DNA of 64,000 nucleotides from sequence record KT184315.1. One strand, written 5' to 3'. Made by a program: the position numbers and the translations under genes. The stretch's first letter is position 1; each line of letters starts with the position of its first letter. The stretch comes from Enterobacteria phage KhF3. Below the pieces are notes generated by a model, which was given only the letters and a program-made list of their open reading frames with translations, did no database searches and had not been told where the DNA came from. Below are positions 34,849 to 44,756 of this stretch, in pieces.

Positions 34849-35220
34849 TTATTTTTTGAGGGTTGCAACAGCAGAGAACGTTGGTTTGTTATCTGTCTGA
34901 GACTGACCGCCGTTATCAGGGGTCTTCTTAGTGTCTGCTGCAATTGCTTTCATCTCACCTGCTGAGTGAGTCATGATAGTTTTACCGACCTCAATCATAC
35001 TCTTGATGGTTACGTCATCTGTGTTTAACCCGAACTCTGCAAGCTTAGCAGCATCCCTTGTAACAATCGCTTCAAATAACTTTGCAGCAAACTCAGCAGA
35101 ATTGTCAATGGTCAGTTGAGCTTTTACAAGTGAGCTTTTGTTACGAGAGCCTTTTGGTCTTCCAGATGGGTTTCCAGACTGGCCTTTTTTAAACTGGCCT
35201 TTGTTTGTTCTGTTTTTCAT
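34849..35220 (-). CDS. Hypothetical protein with N-terminal basic GNPSGRPKG motif
   Basis: 123 aa; KKGQSGNPSGRPKGSRNK N-terminus. Confidence 0.45.
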   Translation of the reverse strand: MKNRTNKGQFKKGQSGNPSGRPKGSRNKSSLVKAQLTIDNSAEFAAKLFEAIVTRDAAKLAEFGLNTDDVTIKSMIEVGKTIMTHSAGEMKAIAADTKKTPDNGGQSQTDNKPTFSAVATLKK

Positions 35221-35394
35221 TGGTATGCCTCTTATAAGACCTCTTAAAAGGCTTTTAAGATAAAAGATAGATATCCAGAAAGATATCTGTTTAAATAGCC
35301 TTTTTAGAGGAACCTTTTAAGTTATCTTCTAAGTATTTATAAGCCTACACCTTGTCAAGTACTTTGTCAACAACTTTTTAACTTGCAATAGTTC

Positions 35395-35423
35395 TTGACT
35401 TGTTGTATGGATTACTGTACCAT
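35395..35423 (+). promoter_or_regulatory. Candidate sigma70-type promoter for plus-strand operon
   Basis: TTGACT-17-TACCAT about 45 nt upstream of first ATG. Confidence 0.3.
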
Positions 35424-35468
35424 CTTAGTTAAAGCTGTAGGTCTGCCTTGTTCTACAAAGGAGACTTA

Positions 35469-35630
35469 ATGAGAAAATCAAATAAACCGAAGAAAGGTAA
35501 GAATACCAATCACTGTAAGGAATCAAAAAGGGTAGAGTTAATCTACTATTCATCCTCTGAAATTGGTCTGTACCTGTTCTTTCAAAATTACAGAAGACAA
35601 GAGGATTATCTATGTGTAGTTCCCAATTAG
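35469..35630 (+). CDS. Hypothetical basic protein
   Basis: ATG at 35469 preceded by AAGGAGA; track start 35448 is a non-ATG codon. Confidence 0.4.
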   Translation: MRKSNKPKKGKNTNHCKESKRVELIYYSSSEIGLYLFFQNYRRQEDYLCVVPN

Positions 35631-35845
35631 AAATCGCAGATATTATAGATTTATATCAAACTGCAAAGAGTCATGGCTATATAACCTCAATTGGAAAGAA
35701 TAGTCACTATGATGCTTTGACTGGAATGTATTTCAGGGCAATGGCTCAATCTAGTGAACAACACTTAATGGTTTCTTCCAGTGAGTTTACTTCGTTTCTC
35801 TATTGCAGCAAAATTATAAATCGCAGGAGAACTGAAAAATGTTAA
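35612..35845 (+). CDS. Hypothetical protein
   Basis: 77 aa; AGAGGA RBS. Confidence 0.4.
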   Translation: MCSSQLEIADIIDLYQTAKSHGYITSIGKNSHYDALTGMYFRAMAQSSEQHLMVSSSEFTSFLYCSKIINRRRTEKC

Positions 35846-36429
35846 CAGTAAGTTTTAATTACAATAGTGATGGCTCTGTATCAATTAATTCACCATATGC
35901 AAATGACCTTCTTAAAGAGCTAGTCAATCAGTGTGATAGAGGTCTTCACTATGTTCAAAATTCTTTTAAACAGAAGACTATTGCTAATAACTTGATGCGT
36001 GTAACAGTGACGGCATCTAATCCAAATTATGACTTTGATAGTGAAAGTCCGTATTCATTAGTTGCGCTTGGAGAGAGCAGCCAATTCAAACTTGTTTGCC
36101 ACGACTCAGAAACATTCCTTAAGGTATTTTCCAACCTTATCCATAATAATAAGTACAGCTACGTTGATGGTAGTGTAAATTTCTATCCAGCAAACTATAC
36201 ATGTTTGTTGGTTGATAATATGAGAAAAAGTAAGCAAGAGCCTACGGAAATTTCATTTGATGTGAACTCTAGTCCAGATGCAGAAACAAGTAAGAACTTT
36301 GATATGAGTTACGCATTGTCACTCAGTAAGAAATCCGAGTTCATTGATTATGTCAATGGATTTGGTTTTAAGTTTGATGAGAGTATGAATCTTAAAAAAC
36401 TTAAGAACCTACTTAAGACCAAAGCTTAA
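35839..36429 (+). CDS. Hypothetical protein
   Basis: 196 aa. Confidence 0.45.
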   Translation: MLTVSFNYNSDGSVSINSPYANDLLKELVNQCDRGLHYVQNSFKQKTIANNLMRVTVTASNPNYDFDSESPYSLVALGESSQFKLVCHDSETFLKVFSNLIHNNKYSYVDGSVNFYPANYTCLLVDNMRKSKQEPTEISFDVNSSPDAETSKNFDMSYALSLSKKSEFIDYVNGFGFKFDESMNLKKLKNLLKTKA

Positions 36430-36476
36430 GTGTGAATAGGGGCTTATGCCCCTTTAACTATTTATAAGGATACTTA

Positions 36477-36848
36477 ATGAAAGCTAAGAGTGCAAAAGAC
36501 TTTTATTGCTTCCTACAATCCTATATCAATTCCGTGCAAAATGGTGAAAGGTACAACCTTAATGATGTTATCCCAACACCTTTGACATGGAGACTCAGTA
36601 AATGGCCTGAAGAAGATATTACACCAACAATCGAACAGCGTACCTACAAACCTGAAATCAATATTCCAGACTCTGAGAATCTATTATACCCAATGTTCCA
36701 TATTGTTGGTCTTGGAAGATTCCTTATGGATATCCAGTATGTAATTGGTAAAGGTTATAAGGTTAAAGGTATTGTCGTTGGTGATGTATCTCCGAATCAC
36801 AAAGGTTATTTTAGACTAAACGCACATTTAGAGGCTGAAAAGAAATGA
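36477..36848 (+). CDS. Hypothetical protein, paralog of N-terminal domain of next gene
   Basis: Shared pattern KAK..DF.......RY....WPE.DI....YKP....LLY....MD.QY with 36845-37978. Confidence 0.5.
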   Translation: MKAKSAKDFYCFLQSYINSVQNGERYNLNDVIPTPLTWRLSKWPEEDITPTIEQRTYKPEINIPDSENLLYPMFHIVGLGRFLMDIQYVIGKGYKVKGIVVGDVSPNHKGYFRLNAHLEAEKK

Positions 36849-37978
36849 TTAAAGCAAAGACTTACCCAGACTTCAAAGAGTTTGTGAAGGGCTTCATTGC
36901 AAACGTAAAGGCTGGTAAGAGATATGATTTTAGAACATATCAAGAGGCTATTTTACCACTTACCTATAGTTCATATTGGCCTGAAGCTGATATTGCAGAA
37001 GTTGAGAAGTTTGACTACAAACCAGACTACAAAGTCCCATTTAGTGATGAGTTGCTTTACAGCGTTGGTGCTCAAATGAGAACTTCTGACTTCTTCATGG
37101 ACTTACAATATGCAATTATCAATGGTAAAGATGTTGATACAGTTTATTGTGAATGGCTGGCAAGGGTTAAACCATTCTCAATGTTGAATGCTAAGTTGAA
37201 GGATGCTATCAAGCCACCAGCAATTACTCAGCAGCCAACAGGTCAAACAGTTAATGAGGGTGGCACACTTACTCTAACCATTCTAGCAACTAACGCCACT
37301 GGATATCAGTGGAAAAAGGATGGTGAGGACATCCCTAGTGCCAATTCTGCAACTTACACAAAACAGTCAGTAGCACCTTCTGACGCTGGTTCATACACTT
37401 GTGTTGTATCTGGAGAAGGTGGAACAAGTGTTACCTCAGATGCAGCAACAGTGACTGTGAACGCACTACCTGTGATTACCAAGCAACCTTCTAACCAGAC
37501 TATTAATGAAGGTGGAAACATCAACTTAGCAGTTACTGCAACAGGTGCAACAGGTTACCAGTGGAAGAAAGATGGCTCTGACATTCCTTCAGCTACAAAT
37601 GATACCTATAGCAAGTCTGGTGCTCTGCCAGCAGATGCAGGTTCATACACTTGCGTTGTAACAGGTGCAGGTGGCTCTGTAACGTCTAACGCAGCAACAG
37701 TTACTGTGAATGCACTTCCGGTAATCACTCAACAGCCAACCAATCAAGAAATCAATGAAGGTGAGACCTTAACACTGAATGTTGTGGCAACAGGTGCAAC
37801 AGGTTACCAGTGGAAGAAAGGTGAGGAAGATATCCTTGATGCAACCGCTGCAACTTACACTAAAGAAGGTGCAACCGCTGCTGATTCAGGAAGCTACACC
37901 TGTGTAGTTACTGGTGCAGGTGGCTCTGTAACATCTAATGCAGCAACAGTTACAGTTAACCCAGCAGGGGAGGCATAA
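36845..37978 (+). CDS. Protein with N-terminal paralogous domain and three tandem Ig-like repeats
   Basis: Three ~80-aa repeats: ATGYQWKKDGxDIPSA...TYT...AGSYTCVVxGxGGxSVTSxAATVTVN. Confidence 0.55.
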   Translation: MIKAKTYPDFKEFVKGFIANVKAGKRYDFRTYQEAILPLTYSSYWPEADIAEVEKFDYKPDYKVPFSDELLYSVGAQMRTSDFFMDLQYAIINGKDVDTVYCEWLARVKPFSMLNAKLKDAIKPPAITQQPTGQTVNEGGTLTLTILATNATGYQWKKDGEDIPSANSATYTKQSVAPSDAGSYTCVVSGEGGTSVTSDAATVTVNALPVITKQPSNQTINEGGNINLAVTATGATGYQWKKDGSDIPSATNDTYSKSGALPADAGSYTCVVTGAGGSVTSNAATVTVNALPVITQQPTNQEINEGETLTLNVVATGATGYQWKKGEEDILDATAATYTKEGATAADSGSYTCVVTGAGGSVTSNAATVTVNPAGEA

Positions 37979-38442
37979 TGCAACTCTCAAGAAAAGGTTT
38001 AGAGGCTATTAAGTTCTTTGAAGGTCTGAAGTTAGAGGCTTACGAAGACTCTGCCGGAATCCCAACAATCGGGTATGGGACAATCCGTATTGACGGAAAA
38101 CCTGTTAAGATGGGTATGAAAATTACTGCTGAACAAGCTGAACAGTATCTTCTTGCAGATGTTGAGAAGTTCGTTGCAGCAGTGAATAAATCTATCAAGG
38201 TTCCAACTTCTCAGAACGAGTTCGATGCACTTGTAAGTGAAACATACAACATCGGTATCACAGCTATGCAGGATTCTACATTTATCAAGCGCCACAATGC
38301 TGGTAATAAGGTCGGTTGTGCAGAAGCTATGCAGTGGTGGAACAAGGTTACAGTCAAAGGTAAGAAGGTCACTTCAAACGGCCTGAAAAACAGACGTAGA
38401 ATGGAAGCTGACATTTATCTTGACAGTGTATATCCAAAGTAA
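37978..38442 (+). CDS. Endolysin, T4-type lysozyme (GH24)
   Basis: N-terminal catalytic region EGLKLEAYEDSAGIPTIGYGT matching T4 lysozyme E..D..T pattern; 154 aa. Confidence 0.8.
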   Translation: MQLSRKGLEAIKFFEGLKLEAYEDSAGIPTIGYGTIRIDGKPVKMGMKITAEQAEQYLLADVEKFVAAVNKSIKVPTSQNEFDALVSETYNIGITAMQDSTFIKRHNAGNKVGCAEAMQWWNKVTVKGKKVTSNGLKNRRRMEADIYLDSVYPK

Positions 38443-38451
38443 TATCTTCAT

Positions 38452-38480
38452 AGGCTCCTTCGGGAGCCTTTTTTATTTTC
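38452..38480 (+). terminator. Rho-independent terminator after endolysin
   Basis: AGGCTCC-TTCG-GGAGCCT followed by TTTTTTATTTT. Confidence 0.65.
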
Positions 38481-38493
38481 TAAGGAGAAAATT

Positions 38494-38892
38494 ATGAAAC
38501 TTTGGGCTAGTGACTTTGGAACTTTTAAGTACACTCGTAATGGCTCTATGGTGAGAATCATTGGTAGTAACATTGTTACAGTTGGTGATAGGGTACACAC
38601 AATGTTCACTGTTGAGTTGGCTGAACTCTCACCTATTGAATCTGCTAACAACGGTCTGTTCAAGTTTGAAACTTACCATGTAAATGAGCACGGGCAGTTT
38701 AATACCCTGGGTGAAAGCGGACTTGATATTATTTCAGAACACCCCTTGACAAGAGAGCAGCTTGCGAGTTACTATAAAACAGTTCTTGAAAGGACTTTGG
38801 CAACACATGAGCATGAGGCCAGATATCACATAGAACGATGTGAAGTTTTAAGAGCAAAAATAGAACAAGCAGAGAGAGGTTTTTATGAATAA
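38494..38892 (+). CDS. Hypothetical protein
   Basis: 132 aa; AAGGAGA RBS. Confidence 0.45.
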   Translation: MKLWASDFGTFKYTRNGSMVRIIGSNIVTVGDRVHTMFTVELAELSPIESANNGLFKFETYHVNEHGQFNTLGESGLDIISEHPLTREQLASYYKTVLERTLATHEHEARYHIERCEVLRAKIEQAERGFYE

Positions 38893-39274
38893 AGAGATTC
38901 AAGTAAAAGTTGACACCTTTGGCCATGATGGTCGAGAAGATGCTGGACTTGCTGACGCAGTGATTTTTGAGTGTAATGGGAATATTAGTCTTCGCTTTAC
39001 AGGCTCAGGTAGCACCCTTCACAGAATGCGAGATGATGCAGATGGTTGCCCTGTATTTGGCTGGTATGACATGGAGTTTCCTCTTTACGCCATCCATTAT
39101 CCAGATGGTGGAGAAGACTGGACAACTCAATCAATCCGCGATGAGCTTAATGGCATTCCAGTTGAGCAAGAAGAGCAAGAGCCTGTTGAACTCACCTTCA
39201 CTTTTATCAAAGAAGAGAAAGTTGGTGATTTGTCTGTAACTGAAGCAATTCAAGTCTCACAGGTTGTTCGTTAA
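38885..39274 (+). CDS. Hypothetical protein
   Basis: 129 aa, overlapping start/stop with neighbours. Confidence 0.45.
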   Translation: MNKEIQVKVDTFGHDGREDAGLADAVIFECNGNISLRFTGSGSTLHRMRDDADGCPVFGWYDMEFPLYAIHYPDGGEDWTTQSIRDELNGIPVEQEEQEPVELTFTFIKEEKVGDLSVTEAIQVSQVVR

Positions 39275-39567
39275 TGAGTAAAGTACAGGTTGTTTTCCCT
39301 ATTTGTGACTTCTCACTAGAGCGTGAACTTGACCTGTACGAAGAAATTACTGACGAAATTATCTGGTCTGTTGTAGAAGAGGCTATCAAGAAGCTGTATG
39401 GTGGCCTCTTAAATCCATCAAGTAAGAAGTTAAGCACTAAGCAAGTAGCTGACCCATATGTTTCATACGATGCCTGCAACAAGCCTTTTGAAAATACCTG
39501 CTTTGACCTTATGGTAGGTAATAACAAAGTCAACTATTTCTTCGTCAGAGAGTTTAACGATGAGTAA
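39274..39567 (+). CDS. Hypothetical protein
   Basis: 97 aa. Confidence 0.4.
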   Translation: MSKVQVVFPICDFSLERELDLYEEITDEIIWSVVEEAIKKLYGGLLNPSSKKLSTKQVADPYVSYDACNKPFENTCFDLMVGNNKVNYFFVREFNDE

Positions 39568-39904
39568 GCTCCATGTCACAGTTTACAAAAACTTCTCAGA
39601 TATCAAAGAGTCTTTAACAAACAAGCTTGATATGCAACGGAAAAGACTCTTTTTAATGTATGACATAGACAACTACAACCATCCTAAAGAGTTTAACTAC
39701 AAAGATGGTACAAAGGTTGTTGAGTTTGAAGATTCTGTGACGGTGTATGTAAAATATGACTTACCAGCAAAGTATATAGGGATGTTAGAGTACTACATAT
39801 TCAAACATACTGGTATGCGTGGTGAGTCTGTCAAGATATCTTCTATAGAAGTTTTTGAGAAACCTAACACACAACTTAAAAAGTATTTAATGAGGAAACT
39901 GTAA
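39560..39904 (+). CDS. Hypothetical protein
   Basis: 114 aa. Confidence 0.4.
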   Translation: MSKLHVTVYKNFSDIKESLTNKLDMQRKRLFLMYDIDNYNHPKEFNYKDGTKVVEFEDSVTVYVKYDLPAKYIGMLEYYIFKHTGMRGESVKISSIEVFEKPNTQLKKYLMRKL

Positions 39905-40494
39905 TGTCCGAAGAGCAACAGAATATTACCCCACAAGTAACACTAGTCCAACATTTTGGAAACATTGAAGGGTGTGTTGCACTTTTTCAACCAAGTATCA
40001 ATTCTCCTGCAAAAGTCTGTAAGTTGACTATGAATGTCAACAATATCAGTGTTTGCCTTGTTGATGAAGTACAATACTTCAAATTCAATGACAGAGAAGT
40101 TGATGCTGCACTATTGAAGTATCGAGCAAGCCTCGAAAAAGACATTGACCATAAAGAGCTTGTCACACTGTTTGGTGACCTACACAAGCTTCTTGAAAAG
40201 GTTATTAAGCGTACATACTACATGAACAATGGTTCAATCATCACAACTTTGATTTCTCCATGTATCTCAGAGCCAATTCTGACTGATGAAGGTGGATACT
40301 ACGTAGTGGCATCAGCAGATTCTGATTGGTGGATGAAAAATACAGCACTTAAGACGGTTATTGAGGCTATTCGTGAGCATATCCCTTCATTCAGCCCGTG
40401 GAAAGGTAAAGGTGATGACTTTATCGCACTATTGAGTGAAGAAAGTAGCAAACGCAGTGCATTAATGCCTAAGAAGTACTCTTGCCGAGTATAA
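39904..40494 (+). CDS. Hypothetical protein
   Basis: 196 aa. Confidence 0.45.
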   Translation: MSEEQQNITPQVTLVQHFGNIEGCVALFQPSINSPAKVCKLTMNVNNISVCLVDEVQYFKFNDREVDAALLKYRASLEKDIDHKELVTLFGDLHKLLEKVIKRTYYMNNGSIITTLISPCISEPILTDEGGYYVVASADSDWWMKNTALKTVIEAIREHIPSFSPWKGKGDDFIALLSEESSKRSALMPKKYSCRV

Positions 40495-40566
40495 AATATT
40501 GACTATAATGGGAGCTATCGAGAGGTAGTTCCCTTTTTAGCTTCTTAAGAAGATGCGTGGTGAAAA

Positions 40567-40785
40567 ATGAAAAAACTAACTACAGTTGAAGACTACTACA
40601 AACTGTCCCTATTAGAACAATATCGTAGGAGTCAGAATATCAGAAAATGCTATGGTAAACACGCTGAAGGTGACTTTTACCGTTGCTACGATGCAGATTT
40701 AAAAGGTGTAACACCTAGAGGGAAAGTCCTGCAAAGACTTGTTGACCTTGAGTGGAACAAACGATTGAGAGGGGTTGGGAAATGA
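40567..40785 (+). CDS. Hypothetical protein
   Basis: 72 aa. Confidence 0.4.
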   Translation: MKKLTTVEDYYKLSLLEQYRRSQNIRKCYGKHAEGDFYRCYDADLKGVTPRGKVLQRLVDLEWNKRLRGVGK

Positions 40786-41285
40786 TTTACGAAGAAAGAT
40801 ACAAGATAGATTATCAGAAGACTGGTCATCATACTTCACTAAGAGTAACCAAACCAAATGGGGATACTGGTATCATAGCACATTTTGGTGGTGATTATTG
40901 GTACGGTACAGGTTGCTTTGAAGGCTACACTCAAGAATACTTGAAAGCTTTCTACAGAGACTTTACAAATGACTACAACAGTGTTGTTGAAGAGAAGAAT
41001 AAGTGCATTAAGCATGAATACCATGCCAGAGGTTGTCTGAATATTGCTATGATACTGGTTTTCTTCTTAGCAACATTACTAGCCGTATCAGCAATCAGCT
41101 ACATAGCTCAAGACTTGACTATTACACAGATTACTGCAAAGGTATATGATGTTTGGTACTTGTATGCTGTTCCTTTAGCTGGTATCATAATCTCACTACT
41201 AAGATTCAGAGTTCATAAGAAACGACTTAAGGACTCTGAAGTTAAACTTGAAGAGGTAAGTAAAGAATGCAACCTACAATTATAG
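40782..41285 (+). CDS. Hypothetical membrane protein
   Basis: ATGA-coupled start at 40782; two C-terminal TM segments (LNIAMILVFFLATLLAVSAI..., LYAVPLAGIIISLL). Confidence 0.45.
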   Translation: MIYEERYKIDYQKTGHHTSLRVTKPNGDTGIIAHFGGDYWYGTGCFEGYTQEYLKAFYRDFTNDYNSVVEEKNKCIKHEYHARGCLNIAMILVFFLATLLAVSAISYIAQDLTITQITAKVYDVWYLYAVPLAGIIISLLRFRVHKKRLKDSEVKLEEVSKECNLQL

Positions 41286-41361
41286 CTGTATGTGTTCGTT
41301 TTGCAATCGCTGAAATGATTAACAAGGCAATCTTAAAAGATGCCTATGGAGAGACTAAGTA

Positions 41362-41586
41362 ATGATTAAGACACCTGTACCAATTTTTGGATTTCCATCT
41401 ATTGAAGAGTTCAAAGTTTATCTTGACAAAAACTTCTACAACGAGCAGCCTGTTACTTTGCTGAAGAGTGACTTATCAGAGCTTCTTGATATGGTTATTA
41501 AGGCAACTTCTGAGAAGGAGCCTGAACAGAAAGCTGAGAAGAAGACTAGCAAGAAATCCGATAAGAAGACTGAAAAGTCTGAGTAA
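41362..41586 (+). CDS. Hypothetical protein (lysine-rich C-terminus)
   Basis: 74 aa. Confidence 0.4.
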   Translation: MIKTPVPIFGFPSIEEFKVYLDKNFYNEQPVTLLKSDLSELLDMVIKATSEKEPEQKAEKKTSKKSDKKTEKSE

Positions 41587-41639
41587 TAGCTTGAGGGGTT
41601 ACTTGATAGCCCCTTTGTAGGAACTTAGAAGGTAGCGAA

Positions 41640-42062
41640 ATGAAAGAGCTTATTGGTAAAAGATTGACAGTTTACTGCTCTAAAACAAAGAAACCACTTA
41701 CTTCTGTGAAGGTCTTTGATGTTGACACCACTGGTGTAGAGTACCCAATCCAATGCACAATAATTACTCCATTCCATGCAGATGATATGGATTTTAAAGA
41801 GTGTGAAGTGATATCTTTTAATGCTGATGGGTATTGGAGAGGTAAGTTAAACAAGCAATCAGAAGATTTTGATATGCAAATCCTTATCAATGAAGGCTAT
41901 ATCGGTGTAAAAGATATCCTCGTAGAAGCCTATGAAGAAGGTATAATTGATATTGTGCATGATGTTGAAAAAGCTTTAAAGCTTGTTATGCCGCATTTAG
42001 AATCTGGAAAGCTGACTTTAGAGATGCTTAATAGGGTTATTCGGAGAGCTTATGAAAATTAA
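41640..42062 (+). CDS. Hypothetical protein
   Basis: 140 aa. Confidence 0.45.
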   Translation: MKELIGKRLTVYCSKTKKPLTSVKVFDVDTTGVEYPIQCTIITPFHADDMDFKECEVISFNADGYWRGKLNKQSEDFDMQILINEGYIGVKDILVEAYEEGIIDIVHDVEKALKLVMPHLESGKLTLEMLNRVIRRAYEN

Positions 42063-42516
42063 AGAAGTAGTGCAAAGAGCAATGCTTGACAATTCTACTA
42101 AAGATGAGATGTACACAGAAATTTGTGATAAGTTGAACTGCTCAAGACATGCTGCTAAGGTTCTTGTACACTGTTTTATCTGGGAATGCTCAGAAGCTTA
42201 TATGAAACACGTAGCTTTTGAGAGTTCTCATTTACTCGGTGATGCAAAAATAGGTGTAGCACTAAAAGAGCCTGAGATGAAAACAGTACCTAAAGTTGGT
42301 AATGTGTATAAACTAAAAAATTTTATTACAGGCGAGATTGTTGCAGAAGGTGAAGTGCAACAGGTTTATCATGATGGTAAATATCTGTTTAAGATATTCG
42401 AGTATGATAGTCGTTACAGACACTTATGTGGTATTACATTTTTAGTTTCAGAGGATGACCTCATCAAGAACAATAGTAATAAATTCGCAGTACCAGAATA
42501 TCAAGTTTTACGATAA
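42052..42516 (+). CDS. Hypothetical protein
   Basis: 154 aa. Confidence 0.45.
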   Translation: MKIKEVVQRAMLDNSTKDEMYTEICDKLNCSRHAAKVLVHCFIWECSEAYMKHVAFESSHLLGDAKIGVALKEPEMKTVPKVGNVYKLKNFITGEIVAEGEVQQVYHDGKYLFKIFEYDSRYRHLCGITFLVSEDDLIKNNSNKFAVPEYQVLR

Positions 42517-42529
42517 TGGTGTGATAGAT

Positions 42530-43078
42530 ATGGAAAAAGATAACTTAAAAGAAGTTGAAGGTAACTACTTAGTACTTGACTGGAAGGATGTTCGGGAAGC
42601 ACTCTCCGAAGAAAATCTTGACTGGTTCGAACAAATTATCTTTGCAGTACGGCATAACCGAGAAGTTGAAAATGGTAAAGAGCCACTTGAAGGAATCTTT
42701 GTAGAAAGGTCTTATCCATTCTATGAAGACACTTTGCAGAAAGTTAAGATGTACTTTAAACAGAAGAACCGTAAAGTGGTCACTATGGTATCTCTTGGTG
42801 GACAGAGTATGTCTGTGATGGAAGATATCAACCCTAAGAGACCGAGTAAAGGTGTTTGTATAAAAATCACAGGACATGAAGAGTATATCTCAGTGGCTGA
42901 CTTTAGTGCATTCTGTAGTGGTTCTTGTGTCTTTAATGGTTTTCACTATGATATCCGAGTGTACCCAATCAAGGGAGATGCTGTTATGATGCAGATATTC
43001 GATAACAATAATGGATTTACTCATTTTTATCAGACAACTAAGTCATCCCTAAAAACAGTTCTGGAAACACTGATTTAA
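42530..43078 (+). CDS. Hypothetical protein (start uncertain; track start 42455)
   Basis: First ATG after upstream stop; 182 aa. Confidence 0.4.
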   Translation: MEKDNLKEVEGNYLVLDWKDVREALSEENLDWFEQIIFAVRHNREVENGKEPLEGIFVERSYPFYEDTLQKVKMYFKQKNRKVVTMVSLGGQSMSVMEDINPKRPSKGVCIKITGHEEYISVADFSAFCSGSCVFNGFHYDIRVYPIKGDAVMMQIFDNNNGFTHFYQTTKSSLKTVLETLI

Positions 43079-43087
43079 AATATCTTA

Positions 43088-43114
43088 AGAGCCTCCTTAA
43101 TTGGGGGCTTTTTA
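43088..43114 (+). terminator. Rho-independent terminator ending plus-strand operon
   Basis: AGCCTCC-TTAATT-GGGGGCT followed by TTTTT. Confidence 0.6.
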
Positions 43115-43199
43115 TTGAGTAAAATTTACGAAATTTATATTTTTTATAAAATTTTATCGGTTGTTCCAACCTCTGGGTCACCATCATATGTGAACAAAA

Positions 43200-44300
43200 T
43201 ATCTATCCTTCTTAACAGCCTTCTTAATCTTATTCTCTATATAGTTATATAGTACTATATAGTATCTTAGTAACTATCTAGTGGTCTTAATAGCCCTCTG
43301 TATAGCCCTTCTAAATAGCCCTCTAAACACTCTTCTAACAAGCCTTCTTAACAACCTATACAATCACCTTAACCATCTCTCTACACTCTCTTAGAAGCTC
43401 CTATACACCTCTTAATCTCTATGTCAGCTATGATACTCTCTATAGGTGTTCACTAGGTGCTACTAAGCCTCTATATAGACTGTTTTAACAAACTTAACAG
43501 GAATATCTTTACAGACCTTATCTCACAAGGTCTAACACGGTACTAACAAGGTATCTTATAAGCCTGTTATTACCTGTATTTTAGAAAGACTGTATAGGTA
43601 ATTATTCAGATTTTTAAAATTTTTATAAAATAGGACTATCAAGTCATTTTTTAGGGTCTTTGAAGGAACTGAAAAATATCTGTAGAAGATGTATATCTGC
43701 TTGGTAGCCCTTAACATCCCTGTAACATCCCCTTTGCAAAATTTTAAAATATCCTTAACAATCTCTTAACAGTTCTCACATCTTCTTAATAACTCTTCAA
43801 AGTTCTTAACAGATTCTTAACAGAACTAACAAGGGCTTAACAGTTTTCTAACAAGTGCTGAATAGACTTTACAGAATCTTAACAGATTCCTAACAAGAGC
43901 TCAGTAGTTAAATGTTAAGAGTTATTTTGTTAAGATAATTAACAAGTTTCTAACAAGTGTTTAATCTTTTTAACAAGCTATTAACATGGTCACTACTCTT
44001 TTCTTATCGTTCCCTTTCCTTTCTTAGTGATTCCTTAAACATACCTCTTAAAAGCTCTGTATAGCTCTGTATAACCCCTTTTAAGCCTCTTCCTAGTAAT
44101 TACACCCCAACTATACAGATACCTCTTTATAGGGCTTTACAGGGGCTTTAAAGGCTATGTCAAAGGTTCTTACAAGGCTTTTACGTGGTTTTAACAGAGA
44201 TTTAACAAGGGGCTAACAAGTCTCTAACAAGTGCCTTAAAAGCATAACTATGTAGGGATTGTTAAGAAATTGTTAAGAAAATGTTAAGGGGGCTAGCATT
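43200..44300. repeat. Iteron array: more than 30 copies of (C)TTAACAG / CTAACAAG, several runs phased at about 11 bp; no ORF in any frame
   Basis: Examples: 43805-43858 five consecutive copies; 44191-44232 four copies; 44259-44289 three copies in inverse orientation (TGTTAAG). Confidence 0.75.
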
Positions 44301-44693
44301 TACGTAACTTTTAAGCAACTTTGAAGTAACTTTATAACCCCTATAACATACTTTTCAGTTACTATCAAGGGGCTTGTTTAGTAGTTCACAAGATAGCTAA
44401 CGAGATAATAAAACTTACACCCTTATAAGATTCTTTTAAGGTTCTAGGAAGCTTTATAAAGGGCTTTTTAGAGCAGGTTAATATGATTGCTTAAGTTAGG
44501 TTGATAAGGCTGTTATAGAGCTTTATAGAGCGTTTTAGTGGTTGCCCTTCCCTTTCGGGTTATGGGCTTATATTTAAGTTGATTTGATAAGAAGATATAG
44601 AGTAGACTATAGAGTTATTGCTTTTAAGGTCTGGTAAGATTCTAACTTGTTAGGGGAGTCTGGGAAGATTCTGGGAAGGGATTGGATAGACGT

Positions 44694-44746
44694 AAAAAAG
44701 CCCCTATGAGAAGGAGCTTTTCAGGTATCTGGGGCTAAATAGCCCC
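44694..44746 (-). terminator. Candidate terminator hairpins at end of early minus-strand gene array
   Basis: GGGGCTAAATAGCCCC at 44731-44746; second hairpin plus A-run at 44694-44722. Confidence 0.4.
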
Positions 44747-44756
44747 GTTGCGTCGA

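Noticed and set aside
38032-42877. Minus-strand track ORFs inside the plus-strand operon (38032-38295, 38211-38414, 38448-38663, 38729-38926, 38967-39239 alt frame, 39207-39533, 39987-40187, 40839-41024, 41672-41890, 42569-42877)
   Set aside because: Antisense or alternative-frame to tightly coupled plus-strand genes with RBSs; no independent support.
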